Shown here: positions 32,701 to 41,377 of the stretch, in pieces | Position numbering within the stretch: the first letter of the stretch is position 1 | How the letters are laid out: each line of letters opens with the position of its first letter | Assembly (NCBI GenBank): GCA_004764695.1 | Contig: SMSO01000032.1 | Coordinates: 3,318,483 to 3,382,482, forward strand | DNA: 64,000 nucleotides | Source of the DNA: Schizochytrium sp. TIO01 | Taxonomy: Eukaryota > Protista > Bigyra: Labyrinthulomycetes | Direction of reading: 5' to 3' | The notes under the pieces: generated by a model | What the model was told of the DNA's origin: nothing | Seen by the model: the letters and a program-made list of their open reading frames with translations, nothing else | Databases searched by the model: none | Position numbers and translations under genes: made by a program

Positions 32701-34209
32701 AGTCGGATTTGAAGTCGGATTTGAAGTTGGGTTCAAAGTAGGGCTCTGAGATGGGGCATCAGTTGGAGTTTCTGTCGGGTTCAATGTTGGGTTCAAAGTT
32801 GGACTTGAAGTTGGATTCAAAGTCGGATTTGAAGTCGGATTTGAAGTTGGGCTCTGAGATGGTGCATCTGTTGGAGTTTCAGTGGGAATCAAAGTCGGAT
32901 TTGAAGTCGGGTTCAAAGTCGGATTTGAAGTCGGGTTCAAAGTCAGATTTGAAGTCGGATTTGAAGTCGGATTTGAAGTTGGGCTCTGAGATGGTGCATC
33001 TGTTGGAGCTTCAGTGGGGTTCAAAGTCGGATTTGAAGTTGGGTTCAAAGTCGGATTCGAAGTCGGGTTCAAAGTCGGATTCGAAGTCGGGTTCAAAGTC
33101 GGATTCGAAGTCGGGTTCAAAGTTGGATTTGAAGTCGGATCTGAAGTCGGATTCGAAGTTGGGTTCAAAGTAGGGCTCTGAGATGGGGCATCAGTTGGAG
33201 TTTCTGTCGGGTTCAATGTTGGGTTCAAAGTTGGACTTGAAGTCGGATCTGAAGTCGGATTTGAAGTTGGGTTCAAAGTAGGGCTCTGAGATGGGGCATC
33301 AGTTGGAGTTTCTGTCGGATTCAAAGTCGGATTCAAAGTCGGATTTGAAGTTGGACTCGAAGTCGGATTTGAAGTTGGGCTCTGAGATGGGGTACCTGTT
33401 GGAGCTTCAGTGGGAATCAATGTCGGGCTCAAAGTCGGGTTCAAAGTCGGGTTCAAAGTTGGGTTCAAAGTCGGATTTGAAGTCGGATTTGAAGTCGGAT
33501 TTGAAGTTGGGCTCGGAGATGGTGCATCTGTTGGAGCTTCAGTCGGGTTCAATGTTGGGTTCAAAGTTGGACTTGAAGTCGGAGTTGAAGTCGGACTCTG
33601 AGATGGAGCATCTGTGGGATCTTGAGCTGGGCTCAAAGTCAGAATCGAAGCCGGATTCAAAGTAGGGCTCTGAGAGGGCGCATTGGAGGGCATGAAAGAG
33701 CTATGATTTGGATTCTGTGTTGGAGGACCTGCTGATAAGTGTGGTGTAGGAAAATTTGTAGGTGCTGGTGTTGGTTCGAAAGTTGCTATACTACCACTCT
33801 TACAGTTAATGTATCCTGATGTCCATTTAGTGTCAGCCCCAGTTTCAGTTTGAACCTTGTCAAATAAGTGACATTGTGTTGTGTAGTTGAAGTGGTCTGC
33901 GTTAAAGAAAAAGGACCATGCTACACAGTCAGCTTCCTCTTCGCACTGAATCAAGCATTCTTGTGCTGATGCTAGATCCTTTACAGGTTTTTTAGTTGCG
34001 CGTCCGCCAAACTTAACCTCGGACTTAGAACAGAAAAGTTCAGAATTCTTAGAGGAATCTGACTTTGTATTTGCAGTCTTTTGGCCCCTTGTATGGTAGC
34101 TACGATCAGTCGAATCATGACTGTGTTCAGCATTAACTCTAGCTGATATTGAGAGCAATGAAAAGACAAAGATGATCTTCATGAATGAGCGATAGTTGTA
34201 TATGTGCAT
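29725..34209 (-). CDS. Paralogue D: signal peptide, PAN, ~950-aa (NPTS/NPTL/EAPTDAPSQSPT) stalk, PAN, PAN, VWA
   Basis: Signal KIIFVFSLLSISARVNA. PAN CLIQCEEEADCVAWSF..CHLF. VWA DVAFILDSSGS, KGTGTG, IMTDG. ATG context cctcgacaATG is shared with paralogue C. Confidence 0.9.
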   Translation of the reverse strand: MHIYNYRSFMKIIFVFSLLSISARVNAEHSHDSTDRSYHTRGQKTANTKSDSSKNSELFCSKSEVKFGGRATKKPVKDLASAQECLIQCEEEADCVAWSFFFNADHFNYTTQCHLFDKVQTETGADTKWTSGYINCKSGSIATFEPTPAPTNFPTPHLSAGPPTQNPNHSSFMPSNAPSQSPTLNPASILTLSPAQDPTDAPSQSPTSTPTSSPTLNPTLNPTEAPTDAPSPSPTSNPTSNPTSNPTLNPTLNPTLNPTLSPTLIPTEAPTGTPSQSPTSNPTSSPTSNPTLNPTLNPTETPTDAPSQSPTLNPTSNPTSDPTSSPTLNPTLNPTETPTDAPSQSPTLNPTSNPTSDPTSNPTLNPTSNPTLNPTSNPTLNPTSNPTLNPTSNPTLNPTEAPTDAPSQSPTSNPTSNPTSNLTLNPTSNPTLNPTSNPTLIPTETPTDAPSQSPTSNPTSNPTLNPTSSPTLNPTLNPTETPTDAPSQSPTLNPTSNPTSNPTLTPTSNPTSNPTSNPTSNPTSNPTLNPTLNPTLNPTLNPTLSPTLIPTEAPTGAPSQSPTSNPTSNPTLNPTSSPTLNPTLNPTETPTDAPSQSPTLNPTSNPTSTPTLTPTSNPTSNPTSNPTSNPTSNPTSNPTSNPTLNPTSNPTSNPTSNPTSNPTSNPTSNPTSSPTLNPTLNPTLNPTEAPTDVPSQSPTSSPTLNPTLNPTEAPTDVPSQSPTSNPTLNPTSSPTLSPTLSPTLSPTLSPTLIPTEAPTGAPSQSPTSNPTSSPTLNPTSDTTSSPTLNPTLNPTLNPTEAPTDIPSQSPTSSPTLNPTLNPTSSPTLNPTLSPTLSPTLIPTEAPTGAPSQSPTSNPTSSPTSNPTLNPTLNPTSSPTLNPTLNPTETPTDAPSQSPTLNPTSNPTSDPTSNPTLNPTSNPTLNPTSNPTLNPTEAPTDAPSQSPTSNPTSNPTSNLTLNPTSNPTLNPTSNPTLIPTETPTDAPSQSPTSNPTSNPTLNPTSSPTDTPTQIPTEAPTEAPVQVPLRNSTLTPSSSTTLEPTSVPSIGPTLKVTNSPTTVPTTSRDALPGSTTPTPSQELTNAPSITPTMLPTDMPSYLLTESPTATPTTVCFSTNVKYVRGNTLARYKKVKTAENCQLLCHQNSECQGFTWKTSQLCWLKSGSFKRVTSDRRYYSGSANCIENTDCLAQFAKATGKLLTRLQNIDTISKCAKSCYDEATCEVWTYRRDKKWCYLRKNFNGKLRSQNAQYFSGPNLASCEETVLTTPTPTQVPTIATPAPVISCGPKVNDVAFILDSSGSIDAVEWVKLKLFVRQLGRAFQVGTGDGDSRLAMIEYSSYARVWWNFTDPSATSQDIFQNNVDELIASSKGTGTGPALIAAQELFWSTPVRENLDRRVVIIMTDGNPNRRSGCTAAGFSKDALGCSQSAADVLRKGPDGISGTDDDVYLVYVRVGDKVSTDVFGYVEDFAVGANPDGLQAIADEIIIAVCDLEV
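31190..33675 (-). repeat. Coding 12-bp-unit tandem repeat with higher-order blocks
   Basis: tgaagtcggatt and caaagtcgggtt 12-mers punctuated by a recurring gggctctgagatgg..tgttggag cassette. Confidence 0.95.
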
Positions 34210-37200
34210 TGTCGAGGGAGAAATGTTCTAAGGCAATCACAACTGCCGAGTTTGAGGATTGTTCACCAATAAAAGGAGAATGTGAAATTCGAAGCTGCTT
34301 ATACTGAAACTATAAAATGATACACTATATATTTGCACAATCTTCCAAAGGAACAACAGATTACTAAAATCGGTGTGGTCCTACTCATTAGACATCAAGA
34401 AGTATAGTGTCCCATATAACTAAAGAATCATAGTTATGGAAGTCGTTCGAATGATTCGATGGCCCTATTGTCTGATCTTAATCTGATAACTTTTATAGCT
34501 CTCTCTCGAGAGAAGCTGGCTTTTAATCTACAAATCCAGACGAAAACTTGTCCATTTTACTTTGTGTTGTCACTGTGTTATTTGCATTTTATTTCGGCGT
34601 TTTGAGTTACCCTTGGCGGCGATTAAGTATTGGGACCGGCAGAAGAGCAACTGGGTCAGGCATGATGTCCCAAACTTACTTTATAAGAAAGCTCTCAGCT
34701 TTCCTCAACCAACCTAGGTGCTGGTCCATAGCTTTCTCTCCAAGACAGCTGGCGTTTATTCGTCTAGTTTATTGCCGTATTGAGAAATTCAGCAGCTTGA
34801 TGCATTCTTTTGTTCAGCTATGCATTCTCCCATCAACCAGGTCTGGTAGTTCACATGATATGTCATGTCCACAGCTTGAAGCACTTCAGGCAGTACATGT
34901 TAAAAAAGTCTGCCGAGGCGGACAAAGTAAAAAACCTGATGAAGTAGATAGGTGAGGAAAGAACTGATGGACTAGATTTATCTACACGAATGTCATCACG
35001 CAGGAATTAGATGGCTTATAATATTGTCTGTCATCAAACACTTCGAGTCGAACTAACCATTTTCGCACGCTTATTATTTTCAAGTCGGAAAACCTCTCGA
35101 ACTTTTGCAACTCCTCAATGCTATACTTCTTGATTCACCTACCTTAATGGATCTTATTATGCAATACTTATTTTTTTATAACATTTAAGGTGTAAAATCG
35201 TAATGGCGCTCTGATCCTCGGTAAAATATTGATTGGAGTCTAAGTTCTGAAAGTGAGTGGCAATATTGATCAAAAACGTGGCTAGACTTTGCGATAGACC
35301 CAACTTTACCAGCGAACTTCTACAACGCCATCCTTCTACAATAGGCTTGCAACCTCCATGAGTATCTTTCTAGCAAAAAACAATTGCCAGAAGCTTGATG
35401 GGGCGGTAATAAATTAACATCCATGCTATGGTGGAATGAAAAACAACATTCTTATTGAATCCTTTTTTTTTTTTTGAGCTGTGATTTTTTACTGCGGTAC
35501 GGTATCGCAGATGTAATCAGTCTTCTTCTTTCTAGAAATACCGACAACTCCTCGCCCTTCACTCTCAAATAGTGAACAAGCGCCTGGCTTTCTAGATACC
35601 ATAAACAGTTCTTCGCGTACTCTGAGATCTAAGCGCCACATTGTTCAAGGAAATTTGAAACCTTCCTTTGGTTACCTATATATGATATAGTAAGTTCTCC
35701 TACTTGATTTCCTACCAGTGATGGAAATTTCTACCCACTTGTTGAGCCTACTAATAGTAAAAAAAAGATGAAATTATCTTCTGCTGGGTTTTGACCAATA
35801 ATATTACAAACCATGACCTATTATTAGCGACGAGATAGTTCGCCGGTGTAGTCCTGTTCAAGGTTATTTGACTCAACAAATAAACAAAATCTAGTCTGCT
35901 AGTTTCATTTGGGCGTTTGTCCAGCCCGCAAGACAAAGGAAAATCGCGACTTCCAGGAAGATTGCAAGTTCTCGATTATTTCGCTTTACTTAGCATTAAT
36001 AGGGATCCATATATTACTACTTTCAGAATGAACAGATTTGTCCCCGCATTCCGATGAAAGAACTTTATCGTGAATTTCAGCAAACTATAGTACTGCCATA
36101 CCATCGTACCATCGTGGTGTTAGAAACGGGGTGACTTTATATACAGGATAGAAAAGTTGAAGTCCCCTTTTTGAAAAACTAGTACACTACAGAACCAGAT
36201 GTAAGTCCCAAAGTGTAATCTCAATTGATAAGTCTTATTTCAGTACCCATGGTCATACTAACTGCTTCCGCTTAAAGCAATCGGCCATCGATCACTTAGT
36301 AGTGCTGTAGAGCCCATGTATTGCACAAAGGGTTCCAACATCCTGTATGCGGCCTCTTTCATGCAAACATAAAAAGAAATAATAGTAGTATGCTGTGGAA
36401 TCTTTAATGTTAACCTTGATAGGGTCTCTCATACTCAAACTTGCAGAGGGGATTTTAGCAAAAGTTGAAACCAAGCAAACAAATAAACTGGAACACCAAC
36501 CAAATTTCCTGAGTACACCTTTATTTTCACTCTTTGTACCTCAGATAGGCACTCTTGTAGAGGTAGCAAACATCTTTGACGCAGCTAACGCGACCAAACG
36601 GGATATATAATTAAATGATAATTGACAGCTTTCGAAAGGAAAGAAGGGAGGAGCAACAGCAGAGGCTAAGCTTTCTTCAAGTTTGTGAAGATGATAATAT
36701 ATGCAGAGAATATCTAAGTTTAAAATATACTCACTTAGTTTAAAACCGTGCCCTGTTGGTTCCCTATCACGCAGCTCAACAGAAAGACAAAGTCACTCTT
36801 ATTCACACACGAAAGTCTACTCATTTGAAGTACAAAAGAGACAAGAAAAATATTTTTTTTGTTTTTGTGTCCAAGGTTTAGCCCTTTTAAGTGCATATCA
36901 ATGTTGCGATACACTGAGGTGAAGATACTTATTAAATATGTCTTCGCAGATAGTAAGCAGCGTCAAGTTCTCATACACTTGAACAAAGAGGGGTGTGCCA
37001 ATCAAAATGCTTAACGGGAATCCCAATAAAATGCGGATGCAATTCGTAGGGAGCGAACCCATCATAATTACACCACATGCATCGATTGCACTACTCATTG
37101 GAATACAGAATTAACCAAATTATTGAAGCCAAATTAAGCCTCCTCAGCATACACTGTTTCTAGCTTTTGAGCATGACGAAATGCTATGTTATCTCGCCCA

Positions 37201-37363
37201 CAGATATAGACCCCTCAATCTAGTATTCTAATAATAAGGACGTTTCGCGTGTATCAATGAAAAAAAAAAAAAAAAAAACTTAAAATATCGTATGTGTCAC
37301 TCCGCAGCTTTTGCATAATTGAACCACGCATGGAATTTTTAAGCTGGTTTATTCTTGCTATAT

Positions 37364-38638
37364 CTATGCACCTGCAGGGGGTTCGCTTTGAACCCTTTTG
37401 TTGAAAGGAAATCTACCTTCAGGATTAATAGCAAAACCACACACCCGTTTTTTGCCATCCTTTGGAAGGAGCTCTGTCCGCTTTAAGTTGATATCGTGAT
37501 GCCACTGGGCCCAGCAAGTAACACGTTGAGATGTCGAGTTACGGAGTTGCTTATGCAAAGCAACGGTACATATATCACAAGTCTGAGCAGTGGGCTCTCC
37601 ACACATAACGCAGCGCTTCTTCTTCCCTTGAGCAAGCGGAATGTCTCTGTGGAGGTTTGATGAAAGCCGGAGCTTTCTCAAGTCCATAGTGTTGGCTGCA
37701 TTGAGAATCCTACGGCGAGGAACTTTCTGTTGCAACCTATCGATCTCGTCATCCCCCAGAGGTCTAGACACCAAATTGTTTGTGGGTGGCAACATATCAA
37801 CGGCATCAGCTCCGTGTGGGTTTAAAGACTTGTAACCAAGCTGTATCAAGTCCAGTGCTAAGGCACTCCCAAAGGTGGAGAGTGAACCAACTTCTCTGCA
37901 GCTTTCTTCGTATTTCTGGATCCCCTTCCATCGAAAGCTTTCATCTAGCACGACCACTTGAAAAAGTCGCCATAATCGAAACGAGGTGCCTAATGCTTCG
38001 ACAATCTTCTCAACCGTTGCCTTTGCCTCAAACGTAATGTGAATATCACCACTAGAAAAACTATCAATATCAGCTTCTGAAGAAAATAAAACTCTTTTTT
38101 CATCATGAAGCCTTACAAATCCCTCTCCAAGGACCTCGCGCGATGAAGCAAAAAAATATGAATCTAGTTCACGAAATCTCGCAGCATTCTCAGCCACCGA
38201 AGCGTGACGGTGCTGTGGAGGTTCTCCCATGATTGGCTCTGAACCTCTCAGATATGCCAGCAGCTCGTCAAAACGGGACACGGTAAGCAAGTGGCTAGTT
38301 TGACCCAACCGTTTCCACGCAATATAACTTTCCAGTACCTCAAAACTCAGAGCTTTCCCTTTTCGATCAAATAAAAACCAAATGAGCATGCCTAGCCATG
38401 TTGTAAACTCCCCCTCGGATACAGGCTTAATCTGGTTGATGTCTAAGCAGTTCATATTGGTACAGCGCATACCTTGATTCATCCACTTGATCAGGGCACA
38501 GACAGCCACATTGTCGACCACAAAAAGAAAGAATTGACCTGGGCTGATTGCCTGCGGATCCGTGAAGCCCGCGACGTACAGTTTCTGTTTAAGTTTTGCG
38601 GCAGCGCGCTCAATTTGGATTTTGACCTGAGTGCTCAT
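37364..38638 (-). CDS. piggyBac transposase-derived protein with N-terminal region and C-terminal Cys-rich domain retained and catalytic core largely missing
   Basis: ISPGQFFLFVVD..WMNQ, VSEGEFTTWLGMLI and VSRFDELLAYLR match piggyBac N-terminal motifs. RCVMCGEPTAQTCDICTVALH..CWAQWH matches the piggyBac CRD. Only 424 aa, with no DNxF/Y or GGVD motifs and no TTAA-flanked TIRs seen. Confidence 0.7.
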   Translation of the reverse strand: MSTQVKIQIERAAAKLKQKLYVAGFTDPQAISPGQFFLFVVDNVAVCALIKWMNQGMRCTNMNCLDINQIKPVSEGEFTTWLGMLIWFLFDRKGKALSFEVLESYIAWKRLGQTSHLLTVSRFDELLAYLRGSEPIMGEPPQHRHASVAENAARFRELDSYFFASSREVLGEGFVRLHDEKRVLFSSEADIDSFSSGDIHITFEAKATVEKIVEALGTSFRLWRLFQVVVLDESFRWKGIQKYEESCREVGSLSTFGSALALDLIQLGYKSLNPHGADAVDMLPPTNNLVSRPLGDDEIDRLQQKVPRRRILNAANTMDLRKLRLSSNLHRDIPLAQGKKKRCVMCGEPTAQTCDICTVALHKQLRNSTSQRVTCWAQWHHDINLKRTELLPKDGKKRVCGFAINPEGRFPFNKRVQSEPPAGA

Positions 38639-39643
38639 GGTTTTTTACACAGCCTCTGGTCGCTTCTGTTCAAAGACCGTGAATATACAAAGAGTTGAAA
38701 ATCGGCAGTTTCTAGGCAGACAGCTCCAGACCGATCAAATCACCACTAGGCAATGGACTTCCCAAGTTTGCTCGAGGGTCTCAGAAGAAGGAAGCGAGCA
38801 GGTCCTGGCTAGCTCTGCTGTAGCTTGTGGGTTGAGTTGAACCCTAGGCGCTGTCCTCAGATGGCGCCTCCAGCCACAGTTCCAACGAAAGCAAGAGCGC
38901 CCTAAGCCAACGAGAGTACAACAGTCTTGGCGATCAATCTGATTTGCCCTGAAAGCAACAAGCCTTCCGAAAGGCCTCTCCCAAGCCCTGAAGACGGTAT
39001 CAAAGCCCCCGACACAGATTGTATAGTTTGCGCCGAGGGTTGTGGGTTTCTATTAAACTTAAAAAAATAGTAAGAAAGAAGGAAAAGGGAGAGGAAAAGC
39101 ATCATCAATCATTGATATATAAGTACCATCAAAAGGCAACCTCTTAAGCTAAATTATAGTAATGAGATAAACCACTACCGTGGCTGCTGGAAAAAACCAG
39201 ATTAGTACTACTGCCTATTACCTTGGTCACTTTCAGGGGGAAACGCTGAGGGCAAAATTAAGGGATTTCGTTGGGGAAATTTGCAAGAGCAATGGTTTAG
39301 AAGGCCTGGAGGAGTCTAGGTGTTGCGCAATAAAGCTGAAGGACAGGCTGGTATTGCTCGGTGTGCAGACTGAAGTGAAGTTGGGATGTGGTGGTCCTTA
39401 GCAGATGCGGTGTGAGAACAATCTCCACAACGTAAAGGTGAAATGTATTTTCAAGGGCTTCAAGGCAGGCAAGGAAACCGATGCGACGGCTGTCAACAAG
39501 AAAAATCATGTGGTTGCTCGAACAGGATTGGAGAAAAAGATTTTTTCAATTGTAAATGTCTATCTTTTGAATCTAGAACATAGGAGTACGAAAGAAAATG
39601 TGATGACAAATACTTGCTTGGTGCCGGCAAGCTACCAATTAAG

Positions 39644-41377
39644 TTAGTCCTCGATGTCACAAAGTTCACTGATAATATAGTCACCAACATCAGTAATGAC
39701 GTCAGGGTAGGTGTCAACGCGAAGGTCCTCCAAATTTCCAAAAAGGTTGGTTTTGGCCTTAGTACCGACACGAATGTACGCCAAGTAGACGTCGTCATCA
39801 GTGCCTTCAATGCCGTCAACACCCTTGCGAAGATCCTCGGCAACCGACTTGACGCACTTCTTAGCGTTAGTAGGATATCCATTAGCCTTGCATAAAGTGT
39901 TCTTGTTGGCTTTTCCATCTGTGAAAATGATGGCGATCCTCCGAAAGAGACCAGTGCGCACTGCAGTCTCCTCGAACAAATCTTGAGCTGTTATCAGAGC
40001 TGCACCAACACCTGTTCCTGAGCTCGTATCCTCGAGTGCATCGACAGCAATACTAAATTTAGAGAGGCTTGTTGCGCGCGAGTCGTCAAAGCCCCATACA
40101 AGAGTGGCATCGGAATCAAATTGAATCATAGCGAGACGAGAGTCTTCTTCGGTACTCCCAAGCTGGAAGGCGCTTCCAAGTTGCCGAACGAAGTTTTTCA
40201 CCATTTCGAATTGTTTGCTATCAATCGATCCAGAGCTGTCAAGAATGAAAACAATGTCATTGGCACGTGAAGAACATGACAAAACCGAGGCGATAGGAGA
40301 CATGGTCGGAGCAGACGTGGGGGCATCTGTTGTGGGAAGCCCATAGGAAGCACAGTCAGATTTAGTACCAGTAACATAGTATGCGTTACGTGACTTCGCT
40401 TTGGTGCTTTTTCTGCGCAGGTAGCATGTAGTGAGGTCCGTGCGGTAGGTCCAAGTGGTACAAGGCGAAAGATTATTGCACTCCTGAGCGCACTTTGCAG
40501 CTGACTCAATGTCATCCATAGTGAGCAAAGTGTCACCTCCAATGTAATCTTTGAATTGTACTTCACATTCATCATCGAGAGGACATTCGCGAGGGCCGGA
40601 CGTGAATTTGTCTTGGTTTGTCTTCATTACGTAATTGTTTTTTAGAAGCTTACATAGCCCATCTTGTCTCCATGTAAAACCTTCGCACGCTTCATAGGCA
40701 AGACACTCGTCGTGGCAATCTTCCGCATTGCCAACCTTCTTAATCGATTTCACCGTCTTGCCTCCTTTGTACATCACATCTTCAGTGATACAATATGTGC
40801 TGGAGCTTTTGTCACTTGTTGGAGCATATGTTGGGCTGTCTGTGGGAGTGTTAGTTGGCATGCTAGTGGGGGTCGATGTTGGGCTGAGCGTAGGGCTAAC
40901 TGTCGGCGACGCCGTGGGTGCTACACTCGGGTGGAGGGTGGGCGAGCTAGTTGGGCTATCCGAAGGGCTCACCGTGGGTGTCATAGTAGGGGAAAGGGTT
41001 GGCGCTTGCGTACAGTACTTCGGGCCAGACGTGCATTTGCTATAGCCAGAACCCGACTTTTCAGCTGAGATGGAGATAAAGAGTCTGCAGTAGCCAAAGA
41101 CGAGGTCAGAATTGAATGTCCAATGTTGGCACTCCGAATTGTGAACGCAGTGCTCTTGACATTGGCCAACATTGGCAAATAGTAGATCCAAAAGAGTCAA
41201 GCTCAGAATGATCTTGCTCGAGTCATCTTGCTCGTACATAGTATTCTCCTTGTAGCAGCTTGTATCAGAGGAAGTCGGATATGCTGTTGATGATGTTAAG
41301 GAGCGATCCCCGTGTACAGTCGCAAGCATTGATAAAGCTAGGATAAGACATGTAGCCTTCAAACCATGGAGGTTCAT
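39644..41377 (-). CDS. Paralogue E: signal peptide, PAN, short S/T/P stalk (~65 aa), PAN, PAN, VWA
   Basis: Signal MNLHGLKATCLILALSMLATVHG. PAN CQEHCVHNSECQHWTF..CRLF. VWA DIVFILDSSGS, SGTGVG, IFTDG, GVDGIEGTDDD. Confidence 0.9.
   Translation of the reverse strand: MNLHGLKATCLILALSMLATVHGDRSLTSSTAYPTSSDTSCYKENTMYEQDDSSKIILSLTLLDLLFANVGQCQEHCVHNSECQHWTFNSDLVFGYCRLFISISAEKSGSGYSKCTSGPKYCTQAPTLSPTMTPTVSPSDSPTSSPTLHPSVAPTASPTVSPTLSPTSTPTSMPTNTPTDSPTYAPTSDKSSSTYCITEDVMYKGGKTVKSIKKVGNAEDCHDECLAYEACEGFTWRQDGLCKLLKNNYVMKTNQDKFTSGPRECPLDDECEVQFKDYIGGDTLLTMDDIESAAKCAQECNNLSPCTTWTYRTDLTTCYLRRKSTKAKSRNAYYVTGTKSDCASYGLPTTDAPTSAPTMSPIASVLSCSSRANDIVFILDSSGSIDSKQFEMVKNFVRQLGSAFQLGSTEEDSRLAMIQFDSDATLVWGFDDSRATSLSKFSIAVDALEDTSSGTGVGAALITAQDLFEETAVRTGLFRRIAIIFTDGKANKNTLCKANGYPTNAKKCVKSVAEDLRKGVDGIEGTDDDVYLAYIRVGTKAKTNLFGNLEDLRVDTYPDVITDVGDYIISELCDIED

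Noticed and set aside
31110-33665. Series of plus-strand KSDL and VGFK repeat ORFs
   Set aside because: Antisense shadows of the paralogue D array.
9990-33675. Repeat arrays as CRISPR-like loci
   Set aside because: No unique spacers; the units are in-frame coding tandem repeats in a eukaryotic context.
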